Positions 7,240 to 15,886 of a DNA stretch of 43,120 bases are shown here, one piece after another. Under the pieces are notes generated by a model that saw only the letters and a list, made by a program, of their open reading frames with translations, had not been told where the DNA came from and made no database searches. Within the stretch, counting starts at the first letter, position 1. Each line of letters opens with the position of its first letter. The stretch is from positions 1 to 43,120 of the IMG/VR virus record IMGVR_UViG_3300022670_000619; one strand, given 5' to 3'. This stretch comes from a virus (Duplodnaviria > Caudoviricetes). The position numbers were made by a program, and so were the translations under genes.

Positions 7240-8242
7240 ATATTATAACCTGACAATCTGTTAAAGCTGTAAGATCATCGCGTACAGTTACAACAATTTT
7301 GTCAGAAAATGCATTATCCATTATTGGTGGATCTGTGAAATCCAAGGTCAACGATATGCAACTGAGTACACCATTGGATATTTCATTTTTCAAATTAGCG
7401 GCAAATTTTAGGTTGTCTCCTAGTTTCCTGAAATTACCTAGAAATCCATCTACACCTTTTCTTGTTCTCGTTGTTAGGATTCCATTCGTAAGTGGACCGA
7501 TATTCAGAATCTTATTTATATCCAAATTTGATACACTGAATCCGTCTGTAGACGGATTTCGTAACAGGTGCATATCGAGAGGCCCAGAAACATTTACAGC
7601 GAAACGATGTATCTTTGTTTTTTTACCCGGATTAGGCAACAAGGTAAAATCTATGTTCTCACCTAATTCCTCTATTTGCAAATCGTCCATATAAAATGTC
7701 GGTGACTTCGGGCCGCCTCTGGTTTCTATCTCAATCCTAAAAGCGTCCACAGTGGCAGTCGCAAGGCCCATATCTGCGAGAGGTATTACTACGACTTGGG
7801 TGACCACAAGATCAGTGATATCGATTAGACCTTCAATAAGAACTTTTGTCCCTACCTGTACGCCCCCACCAGTATCATAGCCGTATATTGAAATAGAATC
7901 ACCGGGTGTCCAATCACTGGTTATCTGAATATTGAAAGTTATAGCAGCGTGAGCACTCAACGGAAAGTCTGAGCCATTGTCGAACTGCATGATGTCGCCA
8001 ACATTTGGGTTGGCAATCTCAATGCTTGCAGCTCCATTTATAATAACGTTTGTGGAATTGAAGGTAAACTTGTTGCCAACCACAGAAGTCGCGGTCCACA
8101 AAGTACTATCCAGACCATCATGTATTTTCTCGGGCGTACCAGAAAAAGCACCATTGGCCGCAGCCAAGTTGATCCCAAAAGTGGGGTTGAAGGCCGCTAA
8201 GATAACTGGTTCTGGTTCGTCCCCCGGCGCTATAAATACCAT
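7208..8242 (-). CDS. Beta-rich protein, possible carbohydrate-binding virion component
   Basis: 344 aa, G/T/D/N-rich; VVIPLADMG...FYMDDLQI resembles a jelly-roll CBM. Confidence 0.65.
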   Translation of the reverse strand: MVFIAPGDEPEPVILAAFNPTFGINLAAANGAFSGTPEKIHDGLDSTLWTATSVVGNKFTFNSTNVIINGAASIEIANPNVGDIMQFDNGSDFPLSAHAAITFNIQITSDWTPGDSISIYGYDTGGGVQVGTKVLIEGLIDITDLVVTQVVVIPLADMGLATATVDAFRIEIETRGGPKSPTFYMDDLQIEELGENIDFTLLPNPGKKTKIHRFAVNVSGPLDMHLLRNPSTDGFSVSNLDINKILNIGPLTNGILTTRTRKGVDGFLGNFRKLGDNLKFAANLKNEISNGVLSCISLTLDFTDPPIMDNAFSDKIVVTVRDDLTALTDCQVIIFGSEVDSDPC

Positions 8243-8246
8243 GCCC

Positions 8247-8633
8247 TCAGGGTGTCTTGAATTGGTTGATGATGATTACAACGTTTCCGCTAGTGGGAGT
8301 AGAAACCACCTTTACGCAAGAAATATGCGTATCATTGTTGGCGATATAATCCCCTGTACCCGAAGATACTTGGGAGAAAGGCGCGGTTTCTAGATCTGCA
8401 AGCCTACCACCATCGGGTGGATCCAGATCATCTTCCGCAGCCGCCGCGGTAGTCTTTTTTGTAGCCGTGGTTACATCGACAGTGGCGGTTTGACCATTCT
8501 TTTTTACTTGGATGGATGTTTTGAATCTTGGATCTACGGGAAAAAATACCGTCCTTGCGCCAGCACCAGACAAAAAGAAGGTGTGGTAAGCGGTGGGTTG
8601 ATTATTAATTTCATTTAGTAAAGCTGTTACCAT
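8247..8633 (-). CDS. Small beta-rich protein, possible virion decoration
   Basis: GAAGGAG RBS; 128 aa; first gene of the inverted cassette. Confidence 0.7.
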   Translation of the reverse strand: MVTALLNEINNQPTAYHTFFLSGAGARTVFFPVDPRFKTSIQVKKNGQTATVDVTTATKKTTAAAAEDDLDPPDGGRLADLETAPFSQVSSGTGDYIANNDTHISCVKVVSTPTSGNVVIIINQFKTP

Positions 8634-8660
8634 AATTTTTTCTCCTTCATTACAGGGGGC

Positions 8661-8680
8661 AGTATACAGCCTCTCCTAGG
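8661..8680 (-). promoter_or_regulatory. Candidate late-type promoter (CCTAGG-N8-TATACT)
   Basis: Same spacing as the motif at 39897-39916. Confidence 0.45.
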
Positions 8681-8707
8681 CAAACAAAAGGAATTTTCTA
8701 TTTTTTG

Positions 8708-8809
8708 TTGATTTTTGACACTCAAGTTGTTATAAACAGGACCCGATAATAGCGAGATTTCGGGTAATTCAGTAAAACGTGTTGCAATTGTTAGTGAATA
8801 AGCTATAAT
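8708..8809 (+). promoter_or_regulatory. Tandem sigma70-like promoters for the replication operon
   Basis: TTGATT-17-TATAAA with extended TG (8708-8736) and TTGCAA-16-TATAAT (8782-8809). Confidence 0.6.
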
Positions 8810-8841
8810 GCTTTCGGTTCGATAAAGGGGGAACGAAAATC

Positions 8842-9078
8842 ATGAGTAAATATCCACTAGAAAAATATACGATGACTACGCGGGAGACCGCTGAGAAGTT
8901 GGGGTATAAACCCAACCATGTGCGGACACTGGCCGCCACTAGCATATTGCCCGCTGTCAAAAGATTTCGACAGTGGATGTTCTGCGAAGCAGAACTCGAA
9001 GAATTCTTCGAAGCCCAGACTGCCAAGGCCACATCGCATGCTGCCAGCGACGCTGACAACAGCGATATCCTTAGCTGA
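8842..9078 (+). CDS. Excisionase/MerR-like HTH DNA-binding protein
   Basis: MTTRETAEKLGYKPNHVRTLA...LPAVKRFRQWMF matches the HTH_17 pattern. Confidence 0.8.
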   Translation: MSKYPLEKYTMTTRETAEKLGYKPNHVRTLAATSILPAVKRFRQWMFCEAELEEFFEAQTAKATSHAASDADNSDILS

Positions 9079-11149
9079 CGCTGGCTTCACAGTAATAAAA
9101 CTCGACGGTAAAAAGCCAGTTGATTTCAACTGGACACAGGCGGAGTACCGCTGGTCTGAAGAAGTCGAAGAGAGTTTTAGAAGCTGGGAAGGCAACTACG
9201 GCATTGTGATTGATCATGGCTGGCTGGTCATCGATTGTGATCCTCGAAATTATGATGACGAGGATAACCCTGTAAAACGATTGGCCCAAGACTGCAAAAT
9301 AAATTTCAGAAAATGTGGTGCCGTATCCAAAACCGGGGGCGGAGGGTATCACATTTTTCTAAAAGTACCAAAAGACCTGAAGATCAAAGAAATACAGAAA
9401 AAATATAAGGGCCTTGAATTCAAAACAAAAGGGCGTCAGGTAGTCGGTCCGGGATCAATCCACCCAGATACCAGAAAACCATACCTGTTGGATTCAAGGT
9501 CCCTTCTTTTCTCTGAAATCGAAGATGCCCCAAAATCCCTACTCGATATCATATCCAGACCAGAAGTCATCAGCGAGGTAAAACCTAAGGATGATATCGA
9601 AGGGACAATGGATGATAACGCAGTGGTTGAGATCCGGTACAAAGAGTATCTGCTGAATGCGGATGCCGCTGTGCAAGGTGATAGAGGCGATGCCACCACT
9701 TATGCTGCTGCATGTAAAGGCCATGACTTTGGTCTTTCTCAAGAGAAGGCCTTGGCCCTTATGCTGGAGCATTACAATCCCCGGTGTACTCCTGAGTGGG
9801 ATCCCGCTGATCTGAGGGAAAAAATAAGAAATGCTTTTTCTTACTCCACCGGGTCATATGGTCAGGCACTCCCAACAACGGATTTCAAGAAAGTAGAAGC
9901 ACAAGGCGTACACCCCTTGTGGACAGGGTGGAAGTTCATGGCTAATTCCAAGTTGTTGGATCGGTCATCCATAAAAAATATCCGCAATTGGTTTCTAGGT
10001 GAGGGATACCCCTTACGAGATAGCCTTCGGTTCAATTCTTTCAGCCATAACATCCAGGTAGTGAAGCCTCTTCCCTGGAGATCTGACGAAAAAACGCTTC
10101 CAATCAAAGGTCGTGCATGGGATGACGATGATATGGAAGATTTTCAAGTTTGGCTAAGTGCGGAAAAAGATTTCGATGTGAAAATCTCAAACATAAGAAC
10201 GGTGGTGAAAACAGTGGCACGACTAGATAAATTCCACCCGGTAAAAGATTATTTGAATGGGCTTACCTGGGATGGTAAACCTAGACTTGATACATGGTTG
10301 ATCGATTATGCGGGGGCTCATGACATTGAGATGAACAGGGAGATATCCCGGCTGGTCCTCATGCAAGCAGTAGAGCGGATCTACCATCCAGGGTGCAAGG
10401 CAGATTACATGGTGGTGCTAGAAGGTAAACAGGGTGTTGGTAAGTCTGGGATCGTAAAGATTCTTGGCGGGGAGTTTTATGCCGATCTCCATATAGATCC
10501 ACACAACAAGGATACAGTCTCTGACCTCATGGACAAATGGATTGTAGAGATACCAGAAATGGTTTCACATAGAAAATCTGATGCTGATAGCATGAAGGCT
10601 TTTATCACAAGAGAAGTAGATATTTGCCGCATGCCTTATGCAGCCACTTCTAAAAAATACCCTAGGAATTTCATTCTCATCGGGACGATAAACCCAAATG
10701 CTTTGCTGGAATATTTCAAAGACGATTCCGGGAACCGTAGATATCTCCCCATTGAAATCTTCAAGGTGAAATGGAAGGCCTTGGAAAAAGTGAGAGACCA
10801 ATTGTTTGCAGAGGCAGCAGATAGAATCCTGAGTGGAGAAAAGGCTTACATCACAGATGAAAAAGTCCTGAAGCAACTAGAGAGCGCACAAAAACGTAGA
10901 CAGGCTCAAGACCCATGGTTGGACACGATCCAGCATTGGTTATTCGATGGAGAAGATGTAAAAGAATTTGTGACCACTCGGGATGTTTGGGTTTGGGGTA
11001 TGCGAGGGGCAGAAGCCCAACTAAAACCACATGACCGTGTTCGTATTGCCACTGTCTTGAGAGACCTTGGGTATCATGATACAACAAGACGGGTGAAAGG
11101 TAGATCTACCCGGGGATATTCTAATAAAGAACAAGTGGAGGTGGAATAA
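9038..11149 (+). CDS. Bifunctional primase-polymerase plus VapE/VirE-like P-loop helicase
   Basis: NYGIV...VIDCD, TGGGGYHIF, VVGPGSIHP (Prim-Pol); PriCT-like helical region; Walker A GKQGVGKS, PYA...PRNF, D.SGNRRY; likely start at ATG 9038. Confidence 0.88.
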   Translation: MLPATLTTAISLADAGFTVIKLDGKKPVDFNWTQAEYRWSEEVEESFRSWEGNYGIVIDHGWLVIDCDPRNYDDEDNPVKRLAQDCKINFRKCGAVSKTGGGGYHIFLKVPKDLKIKEIQKKYKGLEFKTKGRQVVGPGSIHPDTRKPYLLDSRSLLFSEIEDAPKSLLDIISRPEVISEVKPKDDIEGTMDDNAVVEIRYKEYLLNADAAVQGDRGDATTYAAACKGHDFGLSQEKALALMLEHYNPRCTPEWDPADLREKIRNAFSYSTGSYGQALPTTDFKKVEAQGVHPLWTGWKFMANSKLLDRSSIKNIRNWFLGEGYPLRDSLRFNSFSHNIQVVKPLPWRSDEKTLPIKGRAWDDDDMEDFQVWLSAEKDFDVKISNIRTVVKTVARLDKFHPVKDYLNGLTWDGKPRLDTWLIDYAGAHDIEMNREISRLVLMQAVERIYHPGCKADYMVVLEGKQGVGKSGIVKILGGEFYADLHIDPHNKDTVSDLMDKWIVEIPEMVSHRKSDADSMKAFITREVDICRMPYAATSKKYPRNFILIGTINPNALLEYFKDDSGNRRYLPIEIFKVKWKALEKVRDQLFAEAADRILSGEKAYITDEKVLKQLESAQKRRQAQDPWLDTIQHWLFDGEDVKEFVTTRDVWVWGMRGAEAQLKPHDRVRIATVLRDLGYHDTTRRVKGRSTRGYSNKEQVEVE

Positions 11150-11367
11150 TGGAGGATATTCAGGCTTTGCATAGATATTTAGCCGGGTGTACCCAAGCAC
11201 TGGAGCATAAAATAAATCCACCTTCAGGGCCACCTTGGTTCAAGATTAGAATCCAAATATGGGATAAGGATCAATATGCCAAATTGATATGGGGTAGCGG
11301 TGTACGGATGACGCGACAGGTTTATACCTTTGTCAGCACTGAGCCGGGGAGCGTGAATTTAGCATGA
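11149..11367 (+). CDS. Hypothetical protein
   Basis: GGAGGT RBS; TAATG coupling. Confidence 0.6.
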   Translation: MEDIQALHRYLAGCTQALEHKINPPSGPPWFKIRIQIWDKDQYAKLIWGSGVRMTRQVYTFVSTEPGSVNLA

Positions 11368-11624
11368 AAAAGAAAACTAAAGACTTCGACATCTCCGTTG
11401 AACACGTTGCTGATGATAACGACGAGCAACCAGATGGTGAATACGAGGAGATGCTTGTAGGGAAGAAACATCAGAAGATTGTAGAAACAAGGATCAACCC
11501 GGATGACGGCGTGGAGGAGACCATTGTCACTTACGACCCTATGCGGGCAAGGACAAACAAGGTAGATTTTAGGAAAGTACCCCAGAAACACTGGGATGAA
11601 ATTTTTGGAAAGGGAGGCGGGTGA
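11364..11624 (+). CDS. Hypothetical acidic protein
   Basis: ATGA coupling; ends WDEIFGK. Confidence 0.65.
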   Translation: MKKKTKDFDISVEHVADDNDEQPDGEYEEMLVGKKHQKIVETRINPDDGVEETIVTYDPMRARTNKVDFRKVPQKHWDEIFGKGGG

Positions 11625-11625
11625 A

Positions 11626-11820
11626 ATGGTACTTAGGTTCAAACCCGATAAGATACTGAAACCTTTCTATGCTACGTGTGAAGATTGTCACGGGTATCCC
11701 TCTAATGAACAAAATTCTGAAGAAAAGTGGGTATACATCGAACAAAAGAAAGTGTTAGGTCATGGTAGAAAATTTGCATTATGCCCGCATTGTGCGGAGA
11801 AAAGAGGTATGAAAAGATGA
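11626..11820 (+). CDS. Small zinc-ribbon protein
   Basis: GGGAGG RBS; CEDC...CPHC. Confidence 0.6.
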   Translation: MVLRFKPDKILKPFYATCEDCHGYPSNEQNSEEKWVYIEQKKVLGHGRKFALCPHCAEKRGMKR

Positions 11821-12086
11821 GAATAGGAACACAGTGCGACGATATGGGGTTATTTATCCCATTGATGGTTTTCAAAAGTGAGGTCATTGGTATGTCTCAC
11901 GATGAAATCAAACAACTTATAGATACACGCTTAGCAGGAATGCGCAAAGAAGCACATGAAAAATGTGCCTTCTTACAAAAGGATGTCTCTGAACGAATAA
12001 TCGATAACCGAATCAGCGAAATGGCAATAGCGAAATGCGAGAGTTCACAGAGCAAGACCTCAAGCCATTCCAACGAATCGGAGTAG
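11817..12086 (+). CDS. Hypothetical protein
   Basis: ATGA coupling; overlaps the helicase start. Confidence 0.55.
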   Translation: MRIGTQCDDMGLFIPLMVFKSEVIGMSHDEIKQLIDTRLAGMRKEAHEKCAFLQKDVSERIIDNRISEMAIAKCESSQSKTSSHSNESE

Positions 12087-13366
12087 ACTTTTTAGCCGCT
12101 ATGGAAGCGGCCTATCTGGGGGATCAAATGAGATTAGGAAAATCGGTACAATCTATCTGTGCCGTCAACAAACTGGGGGCCGAGCGTATACTCGTGACTT
12201 GCCCTGCATCCGTCAAACTCCCTTGGGAAGGGATGTTTGGTTCGTGGGGTGATCGGGACTACAAGTGCGATGTTGTATTTGGCGTGAATGCCAAGATCAA
12301 CCCGAGGGCTAACGTAACGATCCTAAACTATGATCTCCTGGTTTACCCTAAAATTTTCAACCAACTTCGGAAAATGAAATTCGATGTTGGTATCTTTGAT
12401 GAGGCTCATTACTTGAAGGGAAGGAAATCCAAGCGTACAAAGCGGGTCTTGCAGCGTGGCGGTATAGCCCAGATGTGTGATCGAAAATGGTTTATGTCTG
12501 GTACGCCCATGCTCAACAGGCCCGTCGAGCTGTACCCGATCCTGGCCTCCTGTGCCCCCAAAGTAATTGCACCCTATGATACCTATGAAAAATATATCCA
12601 GCGTTTCTGCGGGGGCTATTGGGATGAGTATGATTGGTATGACAAGGGGTCCACACACAGAGAAGATCTGAATAGAAGGCTACATTCTGGGTTTATGCTC
12701 CGGCGTACACGTAAAGATGTGGGCGATGAGATGCCGGAACCTGAATGTGAATTGGTTCCTATCCCAGCAAGCGGGAAGATGGAAAAACTCACAGCCAAAG
12801 AATTGAAATGGACCTCCAAGGACGCCAAGTACCAGAGCTTCGAGGATATGGAAGGCGAACTTGCTACCGTTCGTAGAGAAATTGCGATGGAGAAATTGCC
12901 GCATGCACTCCAGCATGTGAAATACCTACTTACAGCAACGGATAAAGTGGTGGTCTTTGCCTACCATCGGGACATGATAAAAGGTTTGGCAGAAGGCCTG
13001 AAAGCTTTCAACCCGGTGGTCATACATGGCGGCGTAGGTACGAAGAGAAGAGAAGAAAGAAGGAAACAGTTTCAAGAGGATCCGAATACTCGGCTAATCG
13101 TTGGACAGTTTGAAGCGTGTGGAGAGGGAAATGATTTCTCAGCCGCAGATGTAATATTTTTTGCTGAGATTGGATGGGTACCTGGGAAATTGGAACAACC
13201 AATGGCGCGATGCGACCACATAACAAAGACCCAAAAAGTACTCATCCAATTCTTGGTTCGTATGGAGAGCGTGGAAGAACACATGCTCCGGACAGTTATT
13301 GACAAGATGAAAAATATCAAGGAAACAATTGAAGACGATGATGACATCGCCTACATGTTCACTTAG
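12035..13366 (+). CDS. SNF2-family DEAH helicase
   Basis: LKPFQ Q-motif, GDQMRLGKS, FDEAHYLK, SGTPMLN, KVVVFAYH, GEGND, Q..ARC. Confidence 0.9.
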   Translation: MREFTEQDLKPFQRIGVDFLAAMEAAYLGDQMRLGKSVQSICAVNKLGAERILVTCPASVKLPWEGMFGSWGDRDYKCDVVFGVNAKINPRANVTILNYDLLVYPKIFNQLRKMKFDVGIFDEAHYLKGRKSKRTKRVLQRGGIAQMCDRKWFMSGTPMLNRPVELYPILASCAPKVIAPYDTYEKYIQRFCGGYWDEYDWYDKGSTHREDLNRRLHSGFMLRRTRKDVGDEMPEPECELVPIPASGKMEKLTAKELKWTSKDAKYQSFEDMEGELATVRREIAMEKLPHALQHVKYLLTATDKVVVFAYHRDMIKGLAEGLKAFNPVVIHGGVGTKRREERRKQFQEDPNTRLIVGQFEACGEGNDFSAADVIFFAEIGWVPGKLEQPMARCDHITKTQKVLIQFLVRMESVEEHMLRTVIDKMKNIKETIEDDDDIAYMFT

Positions 13367-13377
13367 AAAGGAGTGAT

Positions 13378-13761
13378 ATGAGTATTGACAGTTTGTTTGA
13401 AAGACTTGTGAGTGCCGCCGAGCTAATCGCTAAGAATGGCGAGACGCTAAAGGATCTTTGCTTAAATCAGGCGGAGGCTAAGCCTGCTGCAAAAACTAAA
13501 GCAAAAGGCAAAGCAAAAAGCAAGGATAAGCCCGCCCCTGCACCAGAGCCCGAGGACGATGATCTTGGTGATGACTTGAGTGAAGATCAGCAAATTACCG
13601 ATGATGATCTCATGGATGTACTTCGGGAAATCATCAGAGTAAAAGGCAAAGACATTGGTAAAGCTGCTCTCAAGAAATATGACGCAGGTCGGGTAAGTGA
13701 AATACCCAAAGACAAAGCTGCTAATTTCATTGTCCATTGTAAGGCTTTGCTCGATGGTTAG
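13378..13761 (+). CDS. Conserved replication-module protein with K/A/P-acidic linker and helical C-domain
   Basis: GAAAGGAG RBS; sits before the DUF2800 gene as in APSE-like modules. Confidence 0.75.
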   Translation: MSIDSLFERLVSAAELIAKNGETLKDLCLNQAEAKPAAKTKAKGKAKSKDKPAPAPEPEDDDLGDDLSEDQQITDDDLMDVLREIIRVKGKDIGKAALKKYDAGRVSEIPKDKAANFIVHCKALLDG

Positions 13762-13936
13762 GGTCACAATAGGATTATGCCGGAATCTTTTAGCCCAAGT
13801 TGTCTCTGAACTTGGAACAAACACTGCACGAAAATGTTTGATGGAGGTAGGGGCTGAATGTATATCTGATATCCCGGAAAGCTTACTTCCAGAATTCGTA
13901 GATTTTTGTGGGGAGGTTCTTCGTGTCCGAGCATAG
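13754..13936 (+). CDS. Stand-alone paralog of the C-domain of the preceding protein
   Basis: VT...L..VV...G.....CL....A..ISDIP......FV..C..VL aligns with IT...L..II...G.....AL....A..VSEIP......FI..C..LL. Confidence 0.55.
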   Translation: MVRVTIGLCRNLLAQVVSELGTNTARKCLMEVGAECISDIPESLLPEFVDFCGEVLRVRA

Positions 13937-15131
13937 CAGTATAGGAGCATCTTCCGCTGAAAGATGGTTCAATTGCCCTGGTAGCGTTGCCCTTATACCA
14001 AAAGCCCCTGAAGAGGAGCCTAGCAAATATGCTGAACAAGGGACGGCTGCCCATTGGGTACTTGAAGAATGTCTTGGGACTGATGAAGACCCTCAGGACT
14101 ATGTGGGAGAAGAAGCTCCTAACGGAGTGACTCTCAAACAAGAGGACATTGATGCCATCATAGAAACCATTGAGTTGCTCGAGGAATTCAGAAAAGAGAA
14201 AAAATATATTCTCTTGAAAGAGATTCGTGTTGATCTAAGAATCATCTATGAAGACCTGTTTGGTACTGCGGATGTTATCTTTGTCTCCCCGGATCTCAGT
14301 GACTTGGCAATTTTTGATTATAAACATGGCGCTGGAAAATTGGTCCAAGTGTATGAAAACAAACAGGGGATGTACTACGGCTTAGGAGGCATAAAACATG
14401 CATCTGACAAATATGCTGAAGGTATGCTCGAAATGCTTGGTTGGGGTCATGTTTTCGGAAAAGTTACGATTGGAATTATCCAACCAAGAGCTACACATAG
14501 GGATGGTCCTTTTCGGACATGGGTAGTACCGCCAGCGCGTCTGGATGAGTTTGCGGAGGAGCTAAAGCTGAAAGCAAAAGCCACCCGACAAAAAGACGCG
14601 CCCCTTGTAGCTGGTCCTTGGTGCTCTGGCACTTGGTGTCCGGCAAGATTCATTTGTCCACAGCCTATCAAGATGGCTCAGGAAGTAGCGAAGGTTGAAT
14701 TCTCAGTCGTTGAAGATCCTAAACTACCAAAACCTGAAACATTGTCTAACGAAGAGATAATAAAGGTTCTGGAAATTGAAGATCTCATGAAAAGCTGGTT
14801 CAATTCTGCCAAGGCCCATGTCCAATCGATCATTGAGAACGGTGGAGAATTCCCGGGCTTCAAGATTGTAAAAACAAAGCCTAACCGGAAATGGATCGAT
14901 GAGAATGAAACCATCGAGACAATCGGAATGGCGGTATCTGAGGAAGATATGTATTCCAAGAAGTTGAAGTCCCCAGCGCAAATGGAAAAGCAACTGGGTA
15001 AAAAGCATAAGACGATGGTGGCTGATTTATGTTTCATTCCCGAGGGAACAAATGTATTGGCACCTGAACATGATAAAAGGCCTGCCGTTGAATGCGGGCC
15101 ACAAGTTGATTTTGAACGTATAGAACAATAA
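13923..15131 (+). CDS. DUF2800/Cas4-like PD-(D/E)XK exonuclease
   Basis: HS.IGASSAERWFNCPGS, GTAAH, FGTAD, IFDYKHG, C-terminal Cys cluster; GTG start after GGAGG. Confidence 0.85.
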   Translation: MSEHSSIGASSAERWFNCPGSVALIPKAPEEEPSKYAEQGTAAHWVLEECLGTDEDPQDYVGEEAPNGVTLKQEDIDAIIETIELLEEFRKEKKYILLKEIRVDLRIIYEDLFGTADVIFVSPDLSDLAIFDYKHGAGKLVQVYENKQGMYYGLGGIKHASDKYAEGMLEMLGWGHVFGKVTIGIIQPRATHRDGPFRTWVVPPARLDEFAEELKLKAKATRQKDAPLVAGPWCSGTWCPARFICPQPIKMAQEVAKVEFSVVEDPKLPKPETLSNEEIIKVLEIEDLMKSWFNSAKAHVQSIIENGGEFPGFKIVKTKPNRKWIDENETIETIGMAVSEEDMYSKKLKSPAQMEKQLGKKHKTMVADLCFIPEGTNVLAPEHDKRPAVECGPQVDFERIEQ

Positions 15132-15152
15132 AACCTTAGAGAGGATAAAACC

Positions 15153-15752
15153 ATGACTACATTTATGACTCCCAATTTCCGAGTATCTTTCCCGCACGTG
15201 CTCAAGACAACCCTCGGGTACAAGAATCAACAAGACCCCCATTACAGCATGGATATGCTTTTTGATATGGAAAAGATCAAGGCCGACCCAAAGCAAAAAG
15301 AATTGTGGAAGGGTATGAAGGCCGCAATGCAAGCTGCCTTAGTGAAAAAGTTTGGGGATAAGATTCCTGAAGATTACTATAGCCCACTTCGTAAGGGTAC
15401 AGAGAAATCCAAGAAGGATAAGCCGGGTTACGGAGAAGGTATTGTGTTTGCAAAGGCAAAGGACAAAACTCGTCCGGGTCTTGTCGATCAGAACAAGCAA
15501 GACATCATTTCCGCAGAAGATTTCTATCCCGGATGTTACGCACGAGCGACCATCAGTGCTTGGGCCTATGACGCTAAAGATGGCGGAGTGTCTTTCAACC
15601 TCCACAACATCCAAAAGATCGCTGATGGGGAACCATTCGGTGCTGGCCGCTCATCTACTGATGACGATTTCGAGGCTCTTGATACTGGCGGTTCCGATGA
15701 CCTTGATGACCTTGATGATCTGGACGATGACGATGATGATATGCTGTCATGA
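15153..15752 (+). CDS. ssb: Single-stranded DNA-binding protein (DUF2815/T7 gp2.5-like)
   Basis: RVSFPHV, FYPGCYARA, GVSFNLHNIQK.ADGEPFG, acidic C-tail. Confidence 0.88.
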   Translation: MTTFMTPNFRVSFPHVLKTTLGYKNQQDPHYSMDMLFDMEKIKADPKQKELWKGMKAAMQAALVKKFGDKIPEDYYSPLRKGTEKSKKDKPGYGEGIVFAKAKDKTRPGLVDQNKQDIISAEDFYPGCYARATISAWAYDAKDGGVSFNLHNIQKIADGEPFGAGRSSTDDDFEALDTGGSDDLDDLDDLDDDDDDMLS

Positions 15753-15886
15753 GAACGCTAAAAGGATTCATGTATGCGGTACTTAGCTTCGCCGGGATCG
15801 GGGTATTAATATCTATTCCGGTAATGATGTATGCCTTTATCATAGCGTTCCATACTTGGGTCGTTAGGTGGGCTTGGTATCTATGA
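15749..15886 (+). CDS. 45-aa hydrophobic membrane peptide (not in the ORF track)
   Basis: ATGA overlaps with both the ssb stop and the polymerase start. Confidence 0.55.
   Translation: MRTLKGFMYAVLSFAGIGVLISIPVMMYAFIIAFHTWVVRWAWYL

Noticed and set aside
8918-9037. Primase start at 8918 as given in the ORF track
   Set aside because: This extension overlaps most of the HTH gene and looks non-protein-like; ATG 9038 fits the Prim-Pol N-terminus better
13923-15131. Cas4 as part of a CRISPR-Cas system
   Set aside because: Its position between helicase and SSB identifies it as the usual DUF2800 phage replication/recombination nuclease
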